From Bdellovibrionales bacterium (lineage in GTDB: Bacteria > Myxococcota > XYA12-FULL-58-9 > SYDY01), in the NCBI GenBank assembly GCA_005801425.1, contig SYDY01000026.1, forward strand, positions 23,350 to 87,349: 64,000 nucleotides of DNA, written 5' to 3'. Of the stretch, positions 36,686 to 45,675 are shown piece by piece (within the stretch, counting starts at the first letter, position 1; every line of letters starts with the position of its first letter). The position numbers were made by a program, and so were the translations under genes. Under the pieces are notes generated by a model that was given only the letters and a program-made list of their open reading frames with translations, searched no databases and was not told where the DNA came from.

Positions 36686-39103
36686 ATGGCGGGACATGGT
36701 GAACTGGCGCGTGTGGTAAATCCTTGGGATGGCCCGCACGGTATTGATGCGATGATTTCCTCATGGCGTGGTGAGAAGCTTTGGAAAAGCATCGCACTTG
36801 AGCACGTCACCTCAGCGAAAGAACAAGATTTGGTCCCGTTTCCGGAATCGTTGCCGCGCGATGTGATGCTTGCGCTGCAAGCGCGCGGTTTTTCGGGCAT
36901 TTATCGCCATCAACGTGAGGCGTACGAAGCGGCATTGCTCGGCAAGCATGTGGTGATCGCAACGCCCACGGCATCGGGAAAAAGTCTGTGTTACAACTTG
37001 CCCATTTTAAAAGCACTTGCAGATCACACAGAATCGCGTGCTCTTTATTTGTTCCCCACCAAAGCATTGGCACGGGATCAAGAACACAATGTACGGCAAC
37101 TTTGTGCTGATGCAGGACTCTTACATCCGGTGTGTACCTATGACGGTGACACACCTTCGGATGCACGTCGTAATGCCCGTCAAAACAGCCGTCTGTTGTT
37201 GACCAACCCTGATATGTTGCATACCGGTATTTTGCCCCACCATGCCTCGTGGGCACGTTTTTTTGCCGATCTGCGGTATGTGATCATCGATGAATTGCAT
37301 AGCTATCGTGGGGTGTTTGGATCCCATCTTGCCAATGTGATCAGGCGCCTTCGTCGTGTGGCGCATTTTCACGGATCGGATCCGGTGTTTATGTTGGCAT
37401 CGGCCACCATCGGCAATCCGCAAGAGCATGCATCGCGCATGATCGGATCGCCCGTAACGTTGGTTGATCAAAGTGGTGCGCCGCAAGGACCGCGCACGGT
37501 CTTGTTGTACAATCCCCCGGTGATCAATGCAGAGCTTGGTATTCGCGCGAGTTATGTGAAATCGGCAGTTAGAATCGCCCGTGATCTGATCCGTGCAGGA
37601 GTCTCAACGTTGGTGTTTGGTCAAAGCCGCAACAATGTCGAAATGATGCTTAAGTACTTGCGCGATAGAGCAATCAAAGACCGTATGGACCCTGAGATGA
37701 TCCACGGCTATCGTGGAGGCTATTTGCCCCAAACCAGAAGGCGCATTGAAAACGATTTGCGTGATGGAAAAATCCGTTGTGTGGTTGCCACCAATGCACT
37801 TGAATTGGGCATTGATATTGGAAGTTTGGACGCAGTGGTGTGTGCGGGGTTTCCGGGTTCTGTGGCTGCATTGTGGCAGCGCTTTGGACGTGGTGGGCGT
37901 CGGCAAGAACACTCACTTGCGATCCTTGTCACATCAAGTGCGCCTTTGGATCAATATTTTGCATTGCAACCCGCCGACTTGGTGGGTGCGCCTATTGAGC
38001 ATGCGCGTATCGATCCCGACAACATGGAAATTTTGATCCAACATCTCAAATGTGCAGCTTTTGAACTTCCATTTTCCGAGGGCGATGATTTTGGAAGCAT
38101 CACGACTGAAAATACCAAGCATGCGCTTGATTTCTTAATTGGACATCGCGTGTTGCATGGGAGTGTCAATTCAAAAGGCCATCGTATGGTGCATTGGGCC
38201 TCTGAGGGCTATCCCGCCAACAACGTATCATTGCGAAGTATTGGCTGGGATAATGTGGTGATTATTGATGTCGAAAAAGGAAAAACATTCGCTGAAATGG
38301 ATTTTCGTTCTGCCCATACGATGTTGCATGAGCAGGCCATTTATCAACATGCGGGCTTGCAGTTTGAAGTCGAGCGTTTTGATATTGAGGAACATAAAGC
38401 ATATGTGCGTCAAGTCATCCCGGATTATTTTACAGATGCGATGACGTATGTGCGTGTGCAGGTGATCGACGAAGAGCAACACGGACATATTCAAGCCGTA
38501 GGATCGCTTCATTATGTAGGGGCGCTTCGCGAAGCGCCCTGTGCTCTTCGCGTGGGCTTGGGCGAAGTGAGTGTGGTTGAAAAAGTGGTGGGTTACAAAA
38601 AAATTAAATACCACACCCATGAAAATGTGGGTTATGGCGATGTTCGTTTGCCGGAGATGCAAATGCATACCACGGCGGTTTGGTTTGGTTTTCCTGAAAG
38701 CCTTTGGTTGCCCTTGGCGCTTCCAAGGCCAAGCGTTGTTGATGGCATTTGTGGTGTGGCCCATGCCATGCATACAGTGGCGTCTGTGGGCCTCATGACT
38801 GATCCTCGTGATATTGGCTATACTGTGATCGATGAGCAGGGCAGTGCAGCCATGCCTGCATTTGAACCAACGGCGTATTTGTACGATCACATACCGGGCG
38901 GTATTGGTCTTGCGCCGCGTTTATTTGAAGATCGTCATGAACTTTTACGACGCACCCATCATTTGATTCTCCATTGCCCGTGTCGTTCAGGTTGCCCTGC
39001 GTGTGTTGGGGCGATTATTGAAAAACCAGTCGTGTCGCAGCAAGCTGCGCCGCTACAAAATCGCAAGCAGGTCGCGCGTCTTCTTCTTGAAAGTATTCTA
39101 TGA
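36686..39103 (+). CDS. DEAD/DEAH-box helicase with C-terminal DUF1998 (MrfA/YprA/Hrq1 family)
   Basis: TPTASGKS, FPTKAL, TNPDMLH, DELH, SAT, TNALELGIDIG, QRFGRGGR and CPCRSGCPAC. Confidence 0.92.
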   Translation: MAGHGELARVVNPWDGPHGIDAMISSWRGEKLWKSIALEHVTSAKEQDLVPFPESLPRDVMLALQARGFSGIYRHQREAYEAALLGKHVVIATPTASGKSLCYNLPILKALADHTESRALYLFPTKALARDQEHNVRQLCADAGLLHPVCTYDGDTPSDARRNARQNSRLLLTNPDMLHTGILPHHASWARFFADLRYVIIDELHSYRGVFGSHLANVIRRLRRVAHFHGSDPVFMLASATIGNPQEHASRMIGSPVTLVDQSGAPQGPRTVLLYNPPVINAELGIRASYVKSAVRIARDLIRAGVSTLVFGQSRNNVEMMLKYLRDRAIKDRMDPEMIHGYRGGYLPQTRRRIENDLRDGKIRCVVATNALELGIDIGSLDAVVCAGFPGSVAALWQRFGRGGRRQEHSLAILVTSSAPLDQYFALQPADLVGAPIEHARIDPDNMEILIQHLKCAAFELPFSEGDDFGSITTENTKHALDFLIGHRVLHGSVNSKGHRMVHWASEGYPANNVSLRSIGWDNVVIIDVEKGKTFAEMDFRSAHTMLHEQAIYQHAGLQFEVERFDIEEHKAYVRQVIPDYFTDAMTYVRVQVIDEEQHGHIQAVGSLHYVGALREAPCALRVGLGEVSVVEKVVGYKKIKYHTHENVGYGDVRLPEMQMHTTAVWFGFPESLWLPLALPRPSVVDGICGVAHAMHTVASVGLMTDPRDIGYTVIDEQGSAAMPAFEPTAYLYDHIPGGIGLAPRLFEDRHELLRRTHHLILHCPCRSGCPACVGAIIEKPVVSQQAAPLQNRKQVARLLLESIL
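38516..38539 (+). repeat. Single GTAG REP inside the helicase CDS
   Basis: GTAGGGGCGCTTCGCGAAGCGCCC is identical to 53567..53590 and is translated as VGALREAP. Confidence 0.88.
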
Positions 39104-40323
39104 GTTTTTTGCGCAAGCTTTCAGCTATAAAAACTCCCCCTTCAGAAAACTCCCCCTCTGGGGGAGTCGCTCACGCAGTGAGCGGTGGGGGTGTTCTTCC
39201 GGTGGGTGTGTTCTGCGGTGAGGATGCAGTTGAGCCCGATACACTCCCCGGTATCCGTGAAGAAACCCCGTGGGGCGTTGTGCGCGTGATCCGCGAGCGT
39301 CTGCCTTTGGCGTCATTGTACGGCACGGCATGTTTGGAACATGTGCGTTCGGTGGATGGTGCATACCTCGCAAGCTTTTCTCGAGATCCTGCTTTGTCGT
39401 GTTTTTCGCCCGACGATTTACTTTTTGTAGACACCGAAACAACAGGGTTAGCAGGTGGTACGGGCACGATCGCTTTTTTAATTGGCCTCGGCCGTATTGA
39501 ATCTGAGTCGCTTCTGATTGAACAATTTCTTCTTGAAACATTCGGTTACGAACATGCTGCCCTGCATGCGGTGCATGAGCGTGTTCAACAAAGCGGGGCG
39601 ATTGCCAGTTTCAATGGTAAAAGTTTTGATCTGCCTCTTTTGCGAACACGTTGGGTGATGCACCGTGTGCCCCATGCCACGGATATGCCACATCTCGATC
39701 TTCTTCATGGATCACGCAGGCAGCTGGGACGAAGTGTCACATCCCACCGGTTACAGGTGCTTGAACGCGAAATCTTGGGATATACACGCGAAGGCGACAT
39801 ACCAGGCCATGAGATCCCCGAAGCCTATTTTGACTTTTTGCGTACCGGTGAATCAGAACGCTTGCATACCATCGTCAAACACAATCGTGACGATATTGTT
39901 GCCATGGTGGCATTGCTTGCACGTTTGCACCGTCGCTTTCATGACATTGAACCGGTGCATTGTGCTGAAGAATTTCTCGCCCTTGCAACGCGTGCTTATG
40001 AGCAAAGAAATTGGGAACGCTGTTTGCGTGATGCCTCAAAATCGCTGTTCTCGACATTTCATGGGAAAACAGCATCTGAGGCAGCACTTCTTGGTGCACG
40101 GGCTGCACGGCAATTAAAACAATACGACAAGGCACAACGTGTTTTAGAACATGCGTTGTCTGCATTTGAACATTACGCTATGCCTGACGTTCATTTGGCT
40201 TTGGCAAAACTTTACGAGCATCAACTTGGCAGCGTGAAAGATGCCTTGTTTCATGCCGAAAAATCGCAAAGTGCAGAATCAACAGCGAGTTATCAGCGGC
40301 GTATGGCACGGCTGCGGTTGTAG
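39100..40323 (+). CDS. RNase_H_2/DEDD exonuclease with TPR-like C-terminus (MrfB/YprB family)
   Basis: FVDTETTGL, SFNGKSFD, HLDLLH and HNRDD; ATGA overlap with the helicase. Confidence 0.88.
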   Translation: MSFLRKLSAIKTPPSENSPSGGVAHAVSGGGVLPVGVFCGEDAVEPDTLPGIREETPWGVVRVIRERLPLASLYGTACLEHVRSVDGAYLASFSRDPALSCFSPDDLLFVDTETTGLAGGTGTIAFLIGLGRIESESLLIEQFLLETFGYEHAALHAVHERVQQSGAIASFNGKSFDLPLLRTRWVMHRVPHATDMPHLDLLHGSRRQLGRSVTSHRLQVLEREILGYTREGDIPGHEIPEAYFDFLRTGESERLHTIVKHNRDDIVAMVALLARLHRRFHDIEPVHCAEEFLALATRAYEQRNWERCLRDASKSLFSTFHGKTASEAALLGARAARQLKQYDKAQRVLEHALSAFEHYAMPDVHLALAKLYEHQLGSVKDALFHAEKSQSAESTASYQRRMARLRL

Positions 40324-40376
40324 GGGCGGTTCGCGAACCGCCCTTTGTTTTAGGATCGTTCACGAACGACCCCTAC
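40320..40376. repeat. GTAG REPIN between convergent genes
   Basis: GTAGGGGCGGTTCGCGAACCGCCC...GGATCGTTCACGAACGACCCCTAC. Confidence 0.88.
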
Positions 40377-41923
40377 AAGAAGATTGGCACAGGATCCATC
40401 AGGCACCGCGGCATCATCGGATCATTTCCTGCGCACTGTATGGGTTTTGAAGGCACGGTTGGCGCCACTTGTTTTTTTATTTCGGGAGCAGGAGGTGGGG
40501 GCTCCACTTTCGCCACGATGACTTTTTCTGGCCATACCTGTGCGGCCACGGTGGCCACAAGCACTGCACCTGCAAGACCCCACAACACATCGGTGATTAA
40601 TGCTTTGGTATAACTGTCATTGGCGATGCGTTGTCCTGCCACTTGGTCGACTTCGTAAAAATGAGCGCGATCTTTCAAATTTAAATAGGTCATGACACCT
40701 GCGGCGATGCCTAGTGCAGCCGATGTACTGTACATGGATGCAAGAAATTTAGGCTGTTTTCGTGGTGGCAATGGTTTTTGTTCTAAGAGAACCTTGGGTT
40801 CCAACATATCCGATTTTGTTTTCTTGCCACTCTCCACCGCAATATCTGAACTTTTTTTCTTTTTAGATGCAGTGGGGACTGCAGGGACATAGTCGAAGCG
40901 TAAAAGAACTGCAGCAAGCGACTTTATCTTTTCTTCTGATTTTAACTGTCCTGTGGCTCGCCCGAGGCGCGGAGGGTCGGTAAGCGAACTATACTTAAAC
41001 AAATGATAGTCCTGACCATGATGCGTAAGCACAAGCAAGGTTCGCAGATTCAATGCGCGAAATTGGCTTCGGGCAGTGGGAGAGAGAGGTTCGGGGGATA
41101 CACCGTCGGTCAGTGGTTTTACATAGGATGTAGGATCGAAAGGTGTTGCAAGGTTTACCTCGATAGGCACTTCGCGTGTGCTTACCAGCGTTGTTTGTAC
41201 GACCGCTTCGTGGCGAAATGCTTCCACACGTAAAAAGTGACTTCCACGAATTATTTTTTCAAGGGTCACGGGTGCCATGCCGATGAAATGACCATCCCAG
41301 TAAACGGCACTGTTGGGTACGGTACTGGTGATCGTGACAGTACTTAAGGGTTTGGCGAGCCATACGCTTTGGATGTTGTTGAACTCTTGAAGCATACCGG
41401 GATTGTACAATTCGCCTGAAGGCTGTTGTTTGGGATCAAGCGCAGTGAGCGCATTGATGGTTTCGGTTGCATGGGCGCGATCTTCGAGCAAAAGATAGGT
41501 CGCGGTGAGTGCAAACAAAGCATCTTTAAGTGGGGCCAAATCCAATTGCCATGATGCAGCTTTTGCTAGCAGTACTTGGGCTTTTTGCAGGGATGCAAGC
41601 GCTTTTTCAATGTCGAGATCGTTCAACGCTGCTTTTCCATCTTTAAGAAGTTGTATCCCTTGTTGCTGATTGGCTTGTGCCTTGATGAGGCTTTCAGGTG
41701 TTTCCGGATAACTCTCAACGATGAGTTGCTGATCTGCTTGTAACTGCTCACGCAGAACATGATACATCCATGCTGTTTCGGGACTATCATCGGCTGGATC
41801 GACGACAAAAAGTGTGCGTGGTGCTTGGGGTGCTTGCGCCGCCTGGGGCGTTCGAGGCGGTTGTGCGGTTTGCGGTGTTGTTGCCTGCAATAGGATACAT
41901 GCGATTAAGGGTGATAACGCCAT
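40373..41923 (-). CDS. PEGA-domain exported protein
   Basis: Signal peptide, TPR-like helices, ITSTVPNSAVYWDGHFIGMAP...GSHFLRVE (PEGA) and C-terminal hydrophobic helices. Confidence 0.75.
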   Translation of the reverse strand: MALSPLIACILLQATTPQTAQPPRTPQAAQAPQAPRTLFVVDPADDSPETAWMYHVLREQLQADQQLIVESYPETPESLIKAQANQQQGIQLLKDGKAALNDLDIEKALASLQKAQVLLAKAASWQLDLAPLKDALFALTATYLLLEDRAHATETINALTALDPKQQPSGELYNPGMLQEFNNIQSVWLAKPLSTVTITSTVPNSAVYWDGHFIGMAPVTLEKIIRGSHFLRVEAFRHEAVVQTTLVSTREVPIEVNLATPFDPTSYVKPLTDGVSPEPLSPTARSQFRALNLRTLLVLTHHGQDYHLFKYSSLTDPPRLGRATGQLKSEEKIKSLAAVLLRFDYVPAVPTASKKKKSSDIAVESGKKTKSDMLEPKVLLEQKPLPPRKQPKFLASMYSTSAALGIAAGVMTYLNLKDRAHFYEVDQVAGQRIANDSYTKALITDVLWGLAGAVLVATVAAQVWPEKVIVAKVEPPPPAPEIKKQVAPTVPSKPIQCAGNDPMMPRCLMDPVPIFL

Positions 41924-41981
41924 GATTGCTTCATAGTGCCACGATGTGAGGCCCTACGAAATTTGTCGGTCAAAAATATTA

Positions 41982-44309
41982 TCAGACTACCGTAATGCGG
42001 AGCTGAGGACGCGGTACGCTTTGAGCGGGTGCGGAGATTTGAGCGGGCGTGGGGATTTTTTTCACTTCCCAAGGGATATTCGCCGGCAAGGGAACAAGCG
42101 CGACCACTTCGGGGGAAACACGCCAATGGCGTACGCCATATGAAAATCCTTCAACGCGTAAGGGATGCAATTGCCCAGCACGGTCCAAGGCCTGAATATA
42201 ACGTGCAGCGCGCGCACGCTGTTCGAACGTTCCTGTGGTCCATTTTTGTATCCATTTTGGCGGTCGTGTCGCAGTAGAAACAGAGCTATGAGGAGAAGAG
42301 TTCGCATAGTCCCACTTGAAGCTCGCGCTGCAGCGTGGACATTTATGCTGTGGGCAGCCCGTATCGTGTTCTATCAGTGTTGGACATTTGTCGCAGCTTC
42401 GCAAGGACCCAAATGTATTGGCCTCTGGTGTTGCGTGAGGATCGGTAGCGCGTGCGGCAAGGCCTGCAGCCCACGACCATTCATTGGCTTGGCCTTTACT
42501 GACCAGGGCTGTGTCACAAACACAGCATGGGGTATTGTCTTGGATGGCAAATCCGGCGCAATCGGGTTTTGTACAATCAATCACCACGGCTTCCGCGCAA
42601 ATGAGACGATCGATGTGATACCATAAACGCGCGATAGGTGTCGCATCGGGAATGACGATGGCATTGCAATTGCTCGCAGAACACTCGGCGTTGCTATTTT
42701 CATCAAACGCTGACTTTTCGATATTTGTGATACAGATTTCGCATACAGCATGTGAATCTTCACACAAACTGTTTTTTAAAAGTGTATCACATTCTTCAAG
42801 ACATACAGGGCATGTTCCTGTGCCCATACTTACGGTATTCATGCCAAGACCACGAATAATGGCCTTGGCGCTTGTTTGTGCAAGTGGCACATCTCCTCGG
42901 TGTTGGATGGATGTTTTAACCATATAAAGAACTGTTGCGAGGTTTTGGGGGTCGTCTTTTTGGCGATAGTGTTTAAATATTTCTGAAAAATTTTCTTTGT
43001 TATCGGAATCAAGGAGATGGTCGAGTAAAAAAGCATGCTGGTATACTTGGACTTTTTTCATATCCAAGAGGAGTTCGCTTATGATGATGTTGAATTCCTT
43101 AAGGCGGTCATGGTTGTCCTTAAATGCCGCCTCAAGTGCGGACAACGCTCTATGAGGGCGCGGTGCGAGAAGTGCCAACTGGACGAACGAGCGCAAGTGA
43201 CTTGTGGGAAATATTTGGGTTATTTTAGTTAACGTGTCATTTGCCCAGGATGCCGTTCCAGCTTCGGGAGATGAAAATACATGAACAGAAGATATGCGAT
43301 CTATATATATTGTGATATCTGTTTTTTCCCCAATCGTATGAACACATGCCGCGTTGTGTGATGCGAGATCTGATGGCATGGGCATGCGTGGTGTATGCCC
43401 CAGCATCCACATGCTCAGTCTGTTAAATTCTTGATTTTTATTTTTATCGAATACGTAAAGGGCGTCCCAAACCCATTGCTTATCTTCGGGAGAAACGTCT
43501 TGTTTCAGCCAAGGGTAGATAGGGATCACATATTCTGATGGAGGGAATCCGTGCTTGATCGTCGAATTTTTAAAAGCAACACGATAATCTGCGTCTGTGC
43601 CGATGGATGGCAAAAACCATCGGCGTGGAAGATTGAGATTTCGATAATAGCCTATGGTGTCTTCACGAAGTATGCCACGACGTTTAATTTCCGGAAGACG
43701 CCGCAAGAGGCGCATATCTGTTGTTGTTAATTTAGAACCATGTGCTGGAGTGTGAGGACTTCTTTGCCTGTCATCCCATAGGGTAATGCTTAATACCAAG
43801 GCCCCAGTAAGTACTGAGGGCAAAATGGCGAAACCACAGCTGGCGAATACATCGTAGGTGACTTGCACGGCGAGGGCGCTGCTCACTGCGGGTCCCGCGA
43901 GTGTTAAAGACAATCCACCAGCGAGGCACGCACAAGAACTTCCAATCCACAAAAAAGGTATGGCCTTGCTCTCAGCTGTACTTTCAGCCCATAGACAAAC
44001 ATCATCACCTCGATCGGTCATCCATAGGCAGCAGCCTTGATCACCAGTTTCGACAAGTTCTTGGACCAGCGCCGTGCGTGAAGGCGAGGATTCCGGCACT
44101 GGCGGAACAAGCGGCAGCTGCATTTGTGCGAAAGGTTGCGTTGCAATCACAGCACTTGGGATCGCAGGCTGTTGAATCATCGGTTGGACGGTAATGACAC
44201 GAGGTGCTGGATCCGGCGTTGGCTGAATGGCCATGCCAGGTATTTTTAGCTGCGCTGTCGGTTGTTGGACGATCAGAGGTTTATCATATGTGGCTTCAAT
44301 ACTTGCCAT
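41982..44309 (-). CDS. Membrane-anchored protein with C-terminal RING1-IBR-Rcat (RBR E3 ubiquitin ligase-like) module
   Basis: CPVC-x12-CEDSH-x2-CEIC...CSASNC, then CTKPDC...CCVC, then CDKCPTLIEHDTGCPQHKCPRCSASFKW; two N-terminal hydrophobic segments. Confidence 0.72.
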   Translation of the reverse strand: MASIEATYDKPLIVQQPTAQLKIPGMAIQPTPDPAPRVITVQPMIQQPAIPSAVIATQPFAQMQLPLVPPVPESSPSRTALVQELVETGDQGCCLWMTDRGDDVCLWAESTAESKAIPFLWIGSSCACLAGGLSLTLAGPAVSSALAVQVTYDVFASCGFAILPSVLTGALVLSITLWDDRQRSPHTPAHGSKLTTTDMRLLRRLPEIKRRGILREDTIGYYRNLNLPRRWFLPSIGTDADYRVAFKNSTIKHGFPPSEYVIPIYPWLKQDVSPEDKQWVWDALYVFDKNKNQEFNRLSMWMLGHTPRMPMPSDLASHNAACVHTIGEKTDITIYIDRISSVHVFSSPEAGTASWANDTLTKITQIFPTSHLRSFVQLALLAPRPHRALSALEAAFKDNHDRLKEFNIIISELLLDMKKVQVYQHAFLLDHLLDSDNKENFSEIFKHYRQKDDPQNLATVLYMVKTSIQHRGDVPLAQTSAKAIIRGLGMNTVSMGTGTCPVCLEECDTLLKNSLCEDSHAVCEICITNIEKSAFDENSNAECSASNCNAIVIPDATPIARLWYHIDRLICAEAVVIDCTKPDCAGFAIQDNTPCCVCDTALVSKGQANEWSWAAGLAARATDPHATPEANTFGSLRSCDKCPTLIEHDTGCPQHKCPRCSASFKWDYANSSPHSSVSTATRPPKWIQKWTTGTFEQRARAARYIQALDRAGQLHPLRVEGFSYGVRHWRVSPEVVALVPLPANIPWEVKKIPTPAQISAPAQSVPRPQLRITVV

Positions 44310-44465
44310 CGTGCCCGTCTAGCATGGTCAAATAAATCGGGTAAATGGTTTATTATTGTTTAATTTTTATCATTTATAATGAATGTTCATTACGTGATTT
44401 TGTCATCTCCTTGACCTTTGAGACCACGCCCGGATAGGCTTACCAAGCATTATAGGAGAGTTTCC

Positions 44466-45056
44466 ATGGGCCGTTTGTCGTATACATTCATGGTTTTGGG
44501 TGTGCTCGGTTGTGCGGCGTGCAGTCACGAATTGCCTCCGCCCCAGGTTGTATCCACGACCACACCACCGGAATGGGTGACCCGCGGAAGCGGTGCTTTT
44601 ACCGATCAAAACGCCAAGGTATTTTATGGTGTTGGCTCCGTAAGCGGTATTCGCAATCAAGGTTTGGCACGCAAAACCGCCGATAATCGCGCGCGCAACG
44701 AAATTTCCCAAATATTCGAGGTGTATTCAGCCTCTCTTATGAAGGATTATCAGGCATCCACGACGGCGGGTAATTTCGACAAAACATCCGAAGAGCAGCA
44801 CGTCGAACTTGCGATCAAAACCTTCGCCGCAAACACATTAAGTGGTGTGATGCTCGTTGATCATTGGACGCACCCCGATGGTACCCTTTATGCGCTTGCG
44901 CGTTTGGATCTTGAAGCATTCGCCAACAATCTCGATGCCATGAAAGAACTCAACAATAAAGTGCGCGATTATGTGCGTTCGAACGCAGCCCGTGCCCATG
45001 GCGAACTCGAAGCCGAAGAGGCCAAGCGTGCGGGTGCAAACAATCCAAGTCCATAA
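44466..45056 (+). CDS. LPP20-family lipoprotein
   Basis: CAAC lipobox, PEWV, GVG and A...AR.EI; GGAGAG RBS before ATG 44466. Confidence 0.75.
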   Translation: MGRLSYTFMVLGVLGCAACSHELPPPQVVSTTTPPEWVTRGSGAFTDQNAKVFYGVGSVSGIRNQGLARKTADNRARNEISQIFEVYSASLMKDYQASTTAGNFDKTSEEQHVELAIKTFAANTLSGVMLVDHWTHPDGTLYALARLDLEAFANNLDAMKELNNKVRDYVRSNAARAHGELEAEEAKRAGANNPSP

Positions 45057-45070
45057 TCGAAGGTGGTAAC

Positions 45071-45670
45071 ATGCGAGGGCGTGTGGTCTGTGTTCTTTTG
45101 TTGTCTGGTTGCGCTTCTGCACCTGTACGCCATGTCACCCGTGTGGACGCTACCTCTGAGACGGATCTCTCGGGTGATTGGAACGATACCGATGCGCGCA
45201 TGACATCCAATGCGATGATAGAACAATGCTTCGCATCCCCCTGGTTGGTTCATTTTACGGAGAAGCAAAAGAGAGCACCGCGTATTCGTGTGCGTGGCAT
45301 CACCAACATGAGCAACGAACACATCGATGCCCAAGTTTTCGTGAAGAGTATTGAACGAGCCATGATCAACAGCGGCAAAGTGAGGGTTCTTGCCCAAGAA
45401 GGATCCGAACTTAACGCCATTCGCCGTGAGCAAAATGATTCCGCGTCCGGTTTACAAAGCGACAATTCAGCGGTCTCGGTGGCCAATGAAAGTGGTGCCG
45501 ATTTTGTGGTGGCTGTGCGCATTGCATCTATTGACGATCGTTTGGGTGGACATCGCGTGAAGTTCTACAAAATCAATTTTGAATTGATCGATCCATCCAC
45601 CGGTGAAAAATCATGGATCGGTGATCACGAAATTAAAAAATTTGTAGATCAAGCTGCGATGGGTTGGTAA
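45071..45670 (+). CDS. Penicillin-binding-protein activator LpoB-like lipoprotein
   Basis: LSGC lipobox, DLSGDWNDTD, N.S.EHID, SGKV and GADF. Confidence 0.8.
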   Translation: MRGRVVCVLLLSGCASAPVRHVTRVDATSETDLSGDWNDTDARMTSNAMIEQCFASPWLVHFTEKQKRAPRIRVRGITNMSNEHIDAQVFVKSIERAMINSGKVRVLAQEGSELNAIRREQNDSASGLQSDNSAVSVANESGADFVVAVRIASIDDRLGGHRVKFYKINFELIDPSTGEKSWIGDHEIKKFVDQAAMGW

Positions 45671-45675
45671 CTTAG

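Noticed and set aside
36686-40323. DUF1998 helicase as a DISARM/Druantia-type defence system
   Set aside because: It is paired with a YprB/MrfB exonuclease, the known repair arrangement, and no other defence genes are adjacent.
41815-41885. PQTAQPPRTPQAAQAPQAPR repeat in the PEGA protein
   Set aside because: An ordinary low-complexity linker after the signal peptide.
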